Assembly: GCA_964016885.1 (NCBI GenBank)
Contig: OZ024745.1
Coordinates: 57,412,001 to 57,476,000, forward strand
DNA: 64,000 nt
Reading direction: 5' to 3'
From: Eledone cirrhosa
Lineage: Eukaryota
Below the pieces are notes generated by a model. It saw only the letters and a list, made by a program, of their open reading frames with translations. It was not told the DNA's origin and searched no databases. This document shows positions 15,001 through 28,311 of the stretch, one piece after another (within the stretch, counting starts at the first letter, position 1; every line of letters starts with the position of its first letter). The position numbers were made by a program, and so were the translations under genes.

Positions 15001-16050
15001 TTGGGTGCCCCGTTTTTTTATGGGGGATCCGTTTTTTATTTGGGTGCCCCGTTTTTTTATTTGGGTGCCCCCTTCTTTTATGAGGGGGTCCGTTTTTTAT
15101 ATGGGTGCCCCGTTTATTTATGGTGGTGTCCCTTTTTTATTTGGGTGCCCCGTTTTTTATTTGGGTACCCCGTTTTTTTATGGCGGGGGTCCGTTTTTTA
15201 TTTTCTGGGATCTGTTTTTTTATGGCGGTTTCCATATTTTATTTGGGTGCCCCGTTTTTTATTAGGGTGCCGCGTTGTTTTTATTTGGGTGCCCCGGTTT
15301 TTTATAAGGGTGCCCCGTTTTTTTATGGGGGGATCCGTTTTTTTATTTGGGTGCCTCGTTTTTTATTTGGGTGCCCCGTTCTTTTATGGGGGGGCCGTTT
15401 TTATATGGGTGCGACGTTTATTTATGGGGGTGTCCGTTTTTTTTTGGGTGCCCAGTTTTTTTATGGAGGGTCCGTTTATTATTTGGGTGCCCCATTTTTT
15501 ATTTGGGTGCCTGGTTTTTTTATGGGGGGATCCGTTTTTTTATTTGGGTGCCCCTTTTTTTATTTGGGTGCCCCGTTCTTTTATGGGGGGGGGGGTCCGT
15601 TTTTTATATGGGTGCCCCGTTTATTTATGGGGGGGTCCGTTTTTTATTTGGGTGCCCCTTTTTTTACGGCGGGGTCCGTATTTTATTTTTTGGGATTTGT
15701 TTTTTTATGGCGGTTTCCATTTTTTATTTGGGTGCCCCGTTTTTTATTTGGGTGTCCCGTTTTTTTATGGGGGGGGTCCGTTTTTTATTTGGGTTCCCCG
15801 TTTATTTATGGGGGGGGTCCACTTTTTATTTGGGTGCCCCGTTTTTTTATGGAGAGGCCTGTTTTTTATTTGGGTGCCCCGTTTTTTATTTGGGTGCCCC
15901 GTTTTTTTATTTGGATGCCCCGTTTTTTATTTGGGTGCCCCTTTTTTATGGGGGGGCGTGTTTTACTTGGGTGCACCGTTTTTTATGGAGGTTGTCCGTT
16001 TTCTATTTCGGTGCCCCGTTTTTTATTTGGGTACCCGGTTTTTTATGGGG
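12080..16050. repeat. Higher-order repeat block, ~1930-bp period
   Basis: CTAGCTTTT occurs at ~12251 and ~14181. ORF pairs 12739/14669 and 13175/15105 are offset by 1930. Confidence 0.88.
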
Positions 16051-17084
16051 GTGTCCGTTTTTTATTTGGGTGCCCCGTTTTTTATTTGGGTACCCCGTTT
16101 TTTTATGGCGGGGGTCCGTTTTTTATTTTTTGGGATCTGTTTTTTTATGGCGGTTTCCATATTTTATTTGGGTGCCCCGTTTTTTATTTGGGTGCCCCGT
16201 TATTTATTTGAGTGCCGCTTTTTTTATTTGGGTGTCCCGTTGTTTATGGGGGTCCGTTTTTTATTCGGGTGCTCCGTTTTTTATTTGGGTGCCCCGTTTT
16301 TTATTTGGGTGCCGCGTTATTTTTATTTGGGTGCCCCGGTTTTTTATAAGGGTGCCCCGTTTTTTTATGGGGGGATCCGTTTTTTTATTTGGGTGCCTCG
16401 TTTTTTATTTGGGTGCCCCGTTCTTTTATGGGGGGCCGTTTTTTATATGGGTGCGACGTTTTTTATTTGGGTGCCCCGTTTTTTTATTTGGATGCCCCGT
16501 TTTTTATTTGGGTGCCCCTTTTTTATGGAGGTTGTCCATTTTCTATTTCGGTGCCCCGTTTTTTATTTGGGAACCCGGTTTTTTATGGGGGGTCCGTTTT
16601 TTATTTGGGTGCCCCGTTTTTTATTTGGGTGCTCCGTTTTTTATGGGGGGTCCGTTTTTTATTTGGGTGCTCCGTTTTTTATTTGGGTGCCCCGTTTTTT
16701 TATATGGCTGCCCAGTTATTTATTTGGGTGCCCCGTTTATTATTTGGGTGCCCCGTTTTATTAAGGTGGTGTCCGTTTTTTATTTGGGTGCCCCGTTTTT
16801 TTATTTGGGTGCCCCGTTTTTTATTTGGGTACCCGGTTTTTTTATGGGGGGAGGTCCGTTTTTTATTTGGGTGCCTCGTTTTTGTATGGGGTGTCAATTT
16901 TTTATTTGGGTGCTCCGTTTTTTATTTGGATGCCTCGTTTTTTTATGGGGGGGGTGTCCGTTTTTTAAGGGGGGGTCCGTTTTTTATTTGGGTGCCGCGT
17001 TTTTTACTTGGGTGCCCCGTTTTTTATGGGGGGGTCCGTTTTTTATTTGGGTGCCCCGTCTTTTATTTGGGTGCCCCGTTTTTT

Positions 17085-19340
17085 ATGGGGGGTCCGTTTT
17101 TTATTTGGGTGGCCGGTTTTTTATTTCGGTGCCCGGTTTTTTTATGGGGGGGTACGGTTTTTATTTGGGTGCCCCGTTTTTTATTTGGGTGCCCGGTTTC
17201 TTTATGGGGAGGTCCGTTTTTTATTTGGGTACCCCGTTTTTTATTTGCGTGCCCCGTTCTTTTATGGGGGGTTCGTTTTTTATTTTGGGTGCCCGGTTTT
17301 TTTTATGGGGGGGTCCATTTTTATTTTGGTGCCCCGTTTTTTATTTGCGTGCCCCGTTATTCATTTGGGTGACCCGTTTTTTATTTGGGTTCCCCGTTTT
17401 TTTAGGGGGTGTCCGTATTTCATTTGGGTACCCCGTTTTTTATTTGGGTGCCCCTTTTTTATATAGGTGCGACGTTTTTTTATGGGGCAGGGTCCGTTTT
17501 GTATTTGGATGCTCCGTATTTTATTTGGGTGTCCCGTTTTTTTATTTGGGCCCCCAGTTTTTTTATTTGGGTGCCCCGTTTTTTATTTGGGTGCCCGGTT
17601 TTTTTAAGAGGGTGGCCATTTTTTATTTGGGTGCCCCGTTTTTTATTTGGGTGCCCGGTTTTTTTATGGGGGGGAGGTTCATTTTTTATTTTGGTGCCCC
17701 GTTTTTTATTTGCGTGCCTCGTTATCTATTTGGGTGACCCGTTTTTTTAATTGGGTGCCCCGTTTTTTATTTGGGTGCCCGGTCTTTTTAAGGGGGTGGC
17801 CGTTTTTTATTTGGGTGCCCCGTTTTTTATTTTGGTGCCCGGTATTTATTTCGGTGCCCGGTTTTTTTTTGGGGGGGGGTCCGGTTTTTATTTGGGTTCC
17901 CCGTTTTTTTATTTGTGTGCCCTGTTTTTTTATAGGGGAATTCTTTATTTTTACTTGGGAGCCCCGTTTTTTATGGGGGGGCGCTTATTATTTGGGTGCC
18001 CCGTTTTTTATTTGGGTGTCCCGTTTCATATTTGGGTGCCCCGTTTCTTATTTGGGTGCCCCGTTTTTATGGGGGGGGGGGGTCGTTTTTATTTGGGTGC
18101 CCCGTTTTTTATTTGTGTGCCCCGTTTTTATGGGAGGGGGACGTTTTTTATTTGGGTGCCCCGTTTTTTACTTGGGTGCCCCGTTTTTTATTTGGGTGCC
18201 CCGTTTTTTATGGGGGGTCCGTTTTTTATTTGGGTGGCCGGTTTTTTATGGGGGGTCCGTTTTTTATTTGGGTGGCCGGTTTTTTATTTCGGTGCCCGGT
18301 TTTTTTATGGGGGGGTACGGTTTTTATTTGGGTGCCCCGTTTTTTATTTGGGTGCCCGGTTTCTTTATGGGGAGGTCCGTTTTTTATTTGGGTACCCCGT
18401 TTTTTATTTGCGTGCCCCGTTCTTTTATGGGGGGTTCGTTTTTTATTTTGGGTGCCCGGTTTTTTTTATGGGGGGGTCCATTTTTATTTTGGTGCCCCGT
18501 TTTTTATTTGCGTGCCCCGTTATTCATTTGGGTGACCCGTTTTTTATTTGGGTTCCCCGTTTTTTTAGGGGGTGTCCGTATTTCATTTGGGTACCCCGTT
18601 TTTTATTTGGGTGCCCCTTTTTTATATAGGTGCGACGTTTTTTTATGGGGCAGGGTCCGTTTTGTATTTGGATGCTCCGTATTTTATTTGGGTGTCCCGT
18701 TTTTTTATTTGGGCCCCCAGTTTTTTTATTTGGGTGCCCCGTTTTTTATTTGGGTGCCCGGTTTTTTTAAGAGGGTGGCCATTTTTTATTTGGGTGCCCC
18801 GTTTTTTATTTGGGTGCCCGGTTTTTTTATGGGGGGGAGGTTCATTTTTTATTTTGGTGCCCCGTTTTTTATTTGCGTGCCTCGTTATCTATTTGGGTGA
18901 CCCGTTTTTTTAATTGGGTGCCCCGTTTTTTATTTGGGTGCCCGGTCTTTTTAAGGGGGTGGCCGTTTTTTATTTGGGTGCCCCGTTTTTTATTTTGGTG
19001 CCCGGTATTTATTTCGGTGCCCGGTTTTTTTTTGGGGGGGGGTCCGGTTTTTATTTGGGTTCCCCGTTTTTTTATTTGTGTGCCCTGTTTTTTTATAGGG
19101 GAATTCTTTATTTTTACTTGGGAGCCCCGTTTTTTATGGGGGGGCGCTTATTATTTGGGTGCCCCGTTTTTTATTTGGGTGTCCCGTTTCATATTTGGGT
19201 GCCCCGTTTCTTATTTGGGTGCCCCGTTTTTATGGGGGGGGGGGTCGTTTTTATTTGGGTGCCCCGTTTTTTATTTGTGTGCCCCGTTTTTATGGGAGGG
19301 GGACGTTTTTTATTTGGGTGCCCCGTTTTTTACTTGGGTG
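17085..19340. repeat. Higher-order repeat block, 1163-bp period
   Basis: ORF pairs 17409/18572, 17647/18810 and 17751/18914 are all offset by 1163. Confidence 0.88.
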
Positions 19341-20339
19341 CCCCGTTTTTTATTTGGGTGCCCCGTTTTTTACTTGGGTGCCCCGTTTTTTATTTGGGTG
19401 CCCCGTTTCTTATTTGGGTGCCCAGTTTTTTATTGCGGAGTCCGTTTTCTATTTGGGTGCCCCGTTTTTTATTTGGGTACCCGGTTTTTTATGGGGGGTC
19501 CGTTTTTTATTTGGGTGACCCGTTTTTTATTTGGGTGCCCCGTTTTTTATTTGGTTGTCCCGTTTTTTTATGGGGGGGTCCGTTTTTTATTTGGGTCCCC
19601 CGTTTTTTCATGGGGGCGTCCGTTTTTTATTTGGGTTCCCCGTTTATTTATGGGGGGTCCACTTTTTATTTGGGTGCCCCGTTTTTTATTTAGGTGCCCC
19701 GTTTTTTTTATGGTGCCCCGTTTTTTTATTTGGATGCCCCGTTTTTTATTTGGGTGCCCCTTTTTTATGGGGGGGGGGCGTGTTTTACTTGGGTGCCCCG
19801 TTTTTCATGGAGGTTGTCCGTTTTTTATTTCGGTGCCCCGTTTTTTATTTAGGTACCCGGTTTTTTATGGGGGGGTCCGTTTTTTATTTAGGTGCCCCGT
19901 TTTTTCTATTGAGGTGCGCTGTTTTTTATGGGGGGGGTCCGTTTTTTATTTGGGTGCCCAGTTTTTTTATTTGGGTGCCCCGTTTTTTATCTGGGTGCCG
20001 CGTTTTTTTATTTGGGTTCCCCGTTTTTTTATTTGTGTGCCCCGTTTTTTTATATGGGGGATCCTTTATTTTTACTTGGGAGCCCCGTTTTTTATGAGGG
20101 GCGCTTTTTATTTGGGTGCCCCGTTTTTTATTTGGGTGTCCCGTTTCTTATTTGGGTGCCCCGTTTTTATGGGGGGGGGTCGTTTTTATCTGGGTGCCCC
20201 GTTTTTTATGGGAGGGGGGCGTTTTTTATTTGGGTGCCCCGTTTTTTACTTGGGTGCCCCGTTTTTTATTTGGGTGCCCCGTTTCTTATTTGGGTGCCCA
20301 GTTTTTTATTGCGGAGTCTGTTTTCTATTTGGGTGCCCC

Positions 20340-23300
20340 GTTTTTTGTGGGGGGTCCGTTTTTTATTTGGGTGCTCCGTTTTTTATTTGGTTGCCCCGTT
20401 TTTTTATATGGGTGCCCAGTTATTTATTTGGGTGCGCCGTTTATTATTTGGTTGCTCCGTTTTTTTATTTGGGTGCCCCGTTTTTTTTATGGTGGGATCC
20501 GTTTTTTTATTTGGGTGCCCCATTTTTTCTTTGGGTGCCCCGTTCTTTTATGGGAGGACCGTTTTTTATTTGGGTGCTCCGTTTTTTATTTAGGTGCCCC
20601 GTTTTTTCTATTGAGGTGCGCTGTTTTTTATGGAGGGGGTCCGTTTTTTATTTGGGTGCCCAGTTTTTTTATTTGGGTGCCCCGTTTCTTATTTGGGTGC
20701 CCCGTTCCTTTAAGGGGGTATCGGTTTTTTTATTTGGGTGGCCCGTTTTTTTATTTGGGTGCTGCGTTATTTTATTTGGGTTCCCCGTTTTTTTATTTGT
20801 GTGCCCCGTTTTTTTATATGGGGGATCCATTATTTTTACTTGGGAGCCCCGTTTTTTATGGGGGGGGGGGCGCTTTTTATTTGGGTGCCCCGTTTTTTAT
20901 TTGGGTGTCCCGTTTCATATTTGGGTGCCCCGTTTCTTATTTGGGTGCCCCGTTTTTATGGGGGGGGGTTCGTTTTTATTTGGGTGCCCCGTTTTTTATG
21001 GGAGGGGGGCGTTTTGTATTTGGGTGCCCCGTTTTTTACTTGGGTGCCCCGTTTTTTATTTGGGTGCCCCGTTTCTTATTTGGGTGCCCAGTTTTTTTAT
21101 TGCGGAGTCCGTTTTCTATTTGGGTGCCCCGTTTTTTATTTGGGTACCCGGTTTTTTATGGGGGGTCCGTTTTTTATTTGGGTGACTCGTTTTTTATTTG
21201 GGTGCCCCGTTTTTTATTTGGGTGTCCCGTTTTTTTATGGGGGGGGTCCGTTCTTTATTTGGGTCCCCCGTTTTTTCATGGGGGCGTCCGTTTTTATTTG
21301 GGTACCCCGTTTATTTATGGGGGGGTCCACGTTTTATTTGGGTGCCCCGTTTTTTATTTAGGTGCCCCGTTTTTTATTTGGGTGCCCCGTTTTTTTATAT
21401 GGATGCCCCGTTTTTTATTTGGGTGCCCCTTTTTTATGGGGGGGGGGGGGGGGGCGTGTTTTACTTGGGTGCCCCGTTTTTTATGGAGGTTGTCCGTTTT
21501 CTATTTCGGTGCCCCGTTTTTTATTTGGGTACCCGGTTTTTTATGGGGGGTCCGTTTTTTATTTGGGTGCCCCGTTTTTTATTTGGGTGCCCCGTTTTTT
21601 ATGGGGGGTCCGTTTTTTATTTGGGTGCTCCGTTTTTTATTTGGGTGTCCCGTTTTTTTATTTGGGTGCCCAGTTTATTATTTGGGTGCCCCGTTTTTTT
21701 AAGGTGGTGTCCGTTTTTTATTTGGGTGCCCCGTTTTTTTATTTGGGTGCCCCGTTTTTTATTTGGGTACCCGGTTTTTTTATGGGGGGGAGGTCCGTTT
21801 TTTATTTGGGTGCCCCGTTTTTGTATGGGGTGTCCATTTTTTATTTGGGTGCTCCGTTTTTTCTTCGGATGCCTCGTTTTTTTATGGGGGGGGTGTCCGT
21901 TTTTTAAGGGGGGGGTCCGTTTTTTATTTGGGTGCCCCGTTTTTTACTTGGGTGCCCCTTTCTTATGGGGGGGGCGTGTTTTACTTGGGTGCCCCGTTTT
22001 TTATGGAGGTTGTCCGTTTTCTATTTCGGTGCCCCGTTTTTTATTTGGGTAACCGATTTTTTTTGGGGGGGGTCCGTTTTTTATTTGGGTGCCCCGTTTT
22101 TTATTTGGGTGCCCCGTTTTTTATGGGGGGTCCGTTTTTTATTTGGGTGCTCCGTTTTTTATTTGGGTGCCCCGTTTTTTTATATGGGTGCCCAGTTATT
22201 TATTTGGGTGCCCCATTTATTATTTGGGTGCCCCGTTTTTTTAAGGTGGTGTCCGTTTTTTATTTGGGTGCCCCGTTTTTTTATTTGGGTGCCCCGTTTT
22301 TTATTTGGGTACCCGGTTTTTTTATGGGGGCGAGGTCCGTTTTTTATTTGGGTGCCCCGTTTTTGAATGGGGTGTCCATTTTTTATTTGGGTGCTCCGTT
22401 TTTTATTTGGATGCCTCGTTTTTTTATGGGGTGGTGTCCGTTTTTTAAGGGGGGGGGCCGTTTTTTATTTGGGTGCCCCGTGTTTTACTTGGGTGCCCCG
22501 TTTTTTATGGAGGTTGTCCGTTTTCTATTTCGGTGCCCCGTTTTTTATTTAGGTACCCGGTTTTTTATGGGGGGGTCCGTTTTTTATTTGGGTGCCCCGT
22601 TTTTTATTTGGGTGCCCCGTTTTTTATGGGGGGTCCGTTTTTTATTTGGGTGCTCCGTTTTTTATTTGGGTGCCCCGTTTTTTTATATGGGGGCCCAGTT
22701 ATTTATTTGGGTGCGCCGTTTATTATTTGGTTGCTCCGTTTTTTTATTTGGGTGCCCCGTTTTTTTTATGGTGGGATCCGTTTTTTTATTTGGGTGCCCC
22801 ATTTTTTCTTTGGGTGCCCCGTTCTTTTATGGGAGGACCGTTTTTTATTTGGGTGCTCCGTTTTTTATTTAGGTGCCCCGTTTTTTCTATTGAGGTGCGC
22901 TGTTTTTTATGGAGGGGGTCCGTTTTTTATTTGGGTGCCCAGTTTTTTTATTTGGGTGCCCCGTTTCTTATTTGGGTGCCCCGTTCCTTTAAGGGGGTAT
23001 CGGTTTTTTTATTCGGGTGGCCCGTTTTTTTATTTGGGTGCTGCGTTATTTTATTTGGGTTCCCCGTTTTTTTATTTGTGTGCCCCGTTTTTTTATATGG
23101 GGGATCCATTATTTTTACTTGGGAGCCCCGTTTTTTATGGGGGGGGGGGGGCGCTTTTTATTTGGGTGCCCCGTTTTTTATTTGGGTGTCCCGTTTCATA
23201 TTTGGGTGCCCCGTTTCTTATTTGGGTGCCCCGTTTTTATGGGGGGGGGTTCGTTTTTATTTGGGTGCCCCGTTTTTTATGGGAGGGGGGCGTTTTGTAT

Positions 23301-26300
23301 TTGGGTGCCCCGTTTTTTACTTGGGTGCCCCGTTTTTTATTTGGGTGCCCCGTTTCTTATTTGGGTGCCCAGTTTTTTATTGCGGAGTCCGTTTTCTATT
23401 TGGGTGCCCCGTTTTTTATTTGGGTACCCGGTTTTTTATGGGGGGTCCGTTTTTTATTTGGGTGACTCGTTTTTTATTTGGGTGCCCCGTTTTTTATTTG
23501 GGTGTCCCGTTTTTTTATGGGGGGGGTCCGTTCTTTATTTGGGTCCCCCGTTTTTTCATGGGGGCGTCCGTTTTTATTTGGGTACCCCGTTTATTTATGG
23601 GGGGGTCCACGTTTTATTTGGGTGCCCCGTTTTTTATTTAGGTGCCCCGTTTTTTATTTGGGTGCCCCGTTTTTTTATATGGATGCCCCGTTTTTTATTT
23701 GGGTGCCCCTTTTTTATGGGGGGGGGGGGCGTGTTTTACTTGGGTGCCCCGTTTTTTATGGAGGTTGTCCGTTTTCTATTTCGGTGCCCCGTTTTTTATT
23801 TGGGTACCCGGTTTTTTATGGGGGGTCCGTTTTTTATTTGGGTGCCCCGTTTTTTATTTGGGTGCCCCGTTTTTTATGGGGGGTCCGTTTTTTATTTGGG
23901 TGCTCCGTTTTTTATTTGGGTGTCCCGTTTTTTTATTTGGGTGCCCAGTTTATTATTTGGGTGCCCCGTTTTTTTAAGGTGGTGTCCGTTTTTTATTTGG
24001 GTGCCCCGTTTTTTTATTTGGGTGCCCCGTTTTTTATTTGGGTACCCGGTTTTTTTATGGGGGGGAGGTCCGTTTTTTATTTGGGTGCCCCGTTTTTGTA
24101 TGGGGTGTCCATTCTTTATTTGGGTGCTCCGTTTTTTCTTCGGATGCCTCGTTTTTTTATGGGGGGGGTGTCCGTTTTTTAAGGGGGGGGTCCGTTTTTT
24201 ATTTGGGTGCCCCGTTTTTTACTTGGGTGCCCCTTTCTTATGGGGGGGGCGTGTTTTACTTGGGTGCCCCGTTTTTTATGGAGGTTGTCCGTTTTCTATT
24301 TCGGTGCCCCGTTTTTTATTTGGGTAACCGATTTTTTTGGGGGGGGTCCGTTTTTTATTTGGGTGCCCCGTTTTTTATTTGGGTGCCCCGTTTTTTATGG
24401 GGGGTCCGTTTTTTATTTGGGTGCTCCGTTTTTTATTTGGGTGCCCCGTTTTTTTATATGGGTGCCCAGTTATTTATTTGGGTGCCCCATTTATTATTTG
24501 GGTGCCCCGTTTTTTTAAGGTGGTGTCCGTTTTTTATTTGGGTGCCCCGTTTTTTTATTTGGGTGCCCCGTTTTTTATTTGGGTACCCGGTTTTTTTATG
24601 GGGGCGAGGTCCGTTTTTTATTTGGGTGCCCCGTTTTTGAATGGGGTGTCCATTTTTTATTTGGGTGCTCCGTTTTTTATTTGGATGCCTCGTTTTTTTA
24701 TGGGGTGGTGTCCGTTTTTTAAGGGGGGGGGCCGTTTTTTATTTGGGTGCCCCGTGTTTTACTTGGGTGCCCCGTTTTTTATGGAGGTTGTCCGTTTTCT
24801 ATTTCGGTGCCCCGTTTTTTATTTAGGTACCCGGTTTTTTATGGGGGGGTCCGTTTTTTATTTGGGTGCCCCGTTTTTTATTTGGGTGCCCCGTTTTTTA
24901 TGGGGGGTCCGTTTTTTATTTGGGTGCTCCGTTTTTTATTTGGGTGCCCCGTTTTTTTATATGGGGGATCCTTTATTTTTACTTGGGAGCCCCGTTTTTT
25001 ATGGGGGGGGCGCTTTTTATTTGGGTGCCCCGTTTTTCATTTGGGTGTCCCGTTTCATATTTGGGTGCCCCGTTTCTTATTTGGGTGCCCCGTTTTTATG
25101 GGGGGGGGTTCGTTTTTATTTGGGTGCCCCGTTTTTTATGGGAGGGGGGCGTTTTTTATTTGGGTGCCCCGTTTTTTACTTGGGTGCCCCGTTTTTTATC
25201 TGGGTGCCCCGTTTCTTATTTGGGTGCCCAGTTTTTTATTGCGGAGTCCGTTTTCTATTTGGGTGCCCCGTTTTTTATTTGGGTACCCGGTTTTTTATGG
25301 GGGGTCCGTTTTTTATTTGGGTCCCCCGTTTTTTCATGGGGGCGTCCGTTTTTATTTGGGTACCCCGTTTATTTATGGGGGGGGTCCACGTTTTATTTGG
25401 GTGCCCCGTTTTTTTATGGAGAGGCCTGTTTTTTATTTGGGTGCCCCGTTTTTTATTTAGGTGCCCCGTTTTTTATTTGGGTGCCCCGTTTTTTTATATG
25501 GATGCCCCGTTTTTTATTTGGGTGCCCCTTTTTTATGGGGGGGGGGGCGTGTTTTACTTGGGTGCCCCGTTTTTTATGGAGGTTGTCCGTTTTCTATTTC
25601 GGTGCCCCGTTTTTTATTTGGGTACCCGGTTTTTTATGGGGGGGTCCGTTTTTTATTTGGGTGCCCCGTTTTTTATTTGGGTGCCCCGTTTTTTATGGGG
25701 GGTCCGTTTTTTATTTGGGTGCTCCGTTTTTTATTTGGGTGTCCCGTTTTTTTATTTGGGTGCCCAGTTTATTATTTGGGTGCCCCGTTTTTTTAAGGTG
25801 GTGTCCGTTTTTTATTTGGGTGCCCCGTTTTTTTATTTGGGTGCCCCGTTTTTTATTTGGGTACCCGGTTTTTTTATGGGGGGGAGGTCCGTTTTTTATT
25901 TGGGTGCCCCGTTTTTGTATGGGGTGTCCATTTTTTATTTGGGTGGTCCGTTTTTTCTTTGGATGTCTCGTTTTTTATGGGGGGGGTGTCCGTTTTTTAA
26001 GGGGGGGGTCCGTTTTTTATTTGGGTGCCCCGTTTTTTACTTGGGTGCCCCTTTCTTATGGGGGGGCGTGTTTTACTTGGGTGCCCCGTTTTTTATGGAG
26101 GTTGTCCGTTTTCTATTTCGGTGCCCCGTTTTTTATTTGGGTAACCGATTTTTTTTGGGGGGGTCCGTTTTTTATTTGGGTGCCCCGTTTTTTATTTGGG
26201 TGCCCCGTTTTTTATGGGGGGTCCGTTTTTTATTTGGGTGCTCCGTTTTTTATTTGGGTGCCCCGTTTTTTTATATGGGTGCCCAGTTATTTATTTGGGT

Positions 26301-26800
26301 GCCCCATTTATTATTTGGGTGCCCCGTTTTTTTAAGGTGGTGTCCGTTTTTTATTTGGGTGCCCCGTTTTTTTATTTGGGTGCCCCGTTTTTTATTTGGG
26401 TACCCGGTTTTTTTATGGGGGGGAGGTCCGTTTTTTATTTGGGTGCCCCGTTTTTGTATGGGGTGTCCATTTTTTATTTGGGTGCTCCGTTTTTTATTTG
26501 GATGCCTCGTTTTTTTATGGGGAGGGTGTCCGTTTTTTAAGGGGGGGGGGTCCGTTTTTTATTTGGGTGCCCCGTGTTTTACTTGGGTGCCCCGTTTTTT
26601 ATGGAGGTTGTCCGTTTTCTATTTCGGTGCCCCGTTTTTTATTTGGGTACCCGGTTTTTTATGGGGGGGTCCGTTTTTTATTTGGGTGCCCCGTTTTTTA
26701 TTTGGGTGCCCCGTTTTTTATGGGGGATCCGTTTTTTATTTGGGTGCTCCGTTTTTTATTTGGGTGCCCCGTTTTTTTATTTGGGTGCCCAGTTATTTAT
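20340..26800. repeat. Higher-order repeat block, ~2275-2280-bp period, plus a partial third copy
   Basis: ORF pairs 20738/23017, 21198/23478, 21763/24038 and 22367/24641. A further partial copy lies around 25461. Confidence 0.85.
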
Positions 26801-28311
26801 TTGGGTGCCCCGTTTATTATTTGGGTGCCCCGTTTTTTTAAGGTGGTGTCCGTTTTTTATTTGGGTGCCCCGTTTCTTTATTTGGGTGCCCCGTTTTTTA
26901 TTTGGGTACCCGGTTTTTTTATGGGGGGGAGGTCCGTTTTTTATTTGGGTGCCCCGTTTTTGTATGGGGTGTCCATTTTTTATTTGGGTGCTCCGTTTTT
27001 TATTTGGATGCCTCGTTTTTTTATGGGGGGGTGTCCGTTTTTTAAGGGGGGGGGTCCGTTTTTTATTTGGGTGCCCCGTTTTTTACTTGGGTGCCCCGTT
27101 TTTTATGGAGGTTGTCCGTTTTCTATTTCGGTGCCCCGTTTTTTATTTGGGTACCCGGTTTTTTTATGGGGGGGTCCGTTTTTTATTTGGGTGCCCCGTT
27201 TTTTATTTGGGTGCCCCGTTCTTTATGGGGGGTCCGTTTTTTATTTGGGTGCCCCGTTTATTATTTGGGTGCCCCGTTTTTTTAAGGTGGTATCCGTTTT
27301 TTATTTGGGTGCCCCGTTTTTTATTTGGGTGCCCCGTTTTTTATGGGTGCCCAGTTTTTTATTTGGGTGCCCCGTTTATTATTTGGGTGCCCCGTTTTTT
27401 TAAGGTGGTATCCGTTTTTTATTTGGGTGCCCCGTTTTTTTATTTGGGTGTCGCGTTATTTATTTCGCCGTTTTTTATTTGTGTGCCCCGTTTTTTATGG
27501 GGGGGGTCCGTTTTGTTATTTGGTTGCCCCGTTTTTTATTTGTGTGCCCCGTTATTTATTTGGGTGACCCGTTTTTTATTTGGGTGCCCCGTTTTTTATG
27601 GGGGTCCGTTTTTTATTTGGGTGCTCCGTTTTGTTATTTGGTTGCCCCGTTTTTTATTTGTGTGCCCCGTTATTTATTTGGGTGACCCGTTTTTTATTTG
27701 GGTGCCCCGTTTTTTATGGGGGTCCGTTTTTTATTTGGGTGCTCCGTTTTATATTTGGGTGCGCCGTCTTTTTATTTGGGTGCCCAGTTTTTTTATTTGG
27801 GTGCCCCGTTTTTTATTTGGGTGCCCCGTTTTTTTAAGGGGGTATCCGTTTTTTATTTGGGTGCCCCGTTTTTTTATTTGGGTGTCGCGTTTTTTTATTT
27901 GGGTGCCCCGTTTTTTTATTTGGGTGCCCCGTTTTTTTATGGGGGCGGATCGGTTTTTTTATTTGGGTGCCCCGTTTTTTATTTGTGTGCCCCGTTTTTT
28001 ATGGGGGGGTATGCGTTTTTTATTTGGTTGCCCCGTTTTTTATTTTGGTGCCCCGTTTTTTATTTAGGTGCCCCGTTTTTTTTTGCGTGCCCGTTTTGTA
28101 AGGTGGTGTCCGTTTTTTATTTGGGTGCCCCTTTTTTTATTTGGGTGCACCGTTTTTTTTATTTAGGTGCGCCGTTTTTTTATGGGGGGGTCCGTTTTTT
28201 ATTTGGGTGCCCCGTTTTTTATTTGGGTGCCCCGTTTTTTATGAGGGTGGGTCGTTTTTTATTTGGGTGCCCCGTTTTTTATTTGGGTGCTCCGTATTTT
28301 TATTTGGGTGC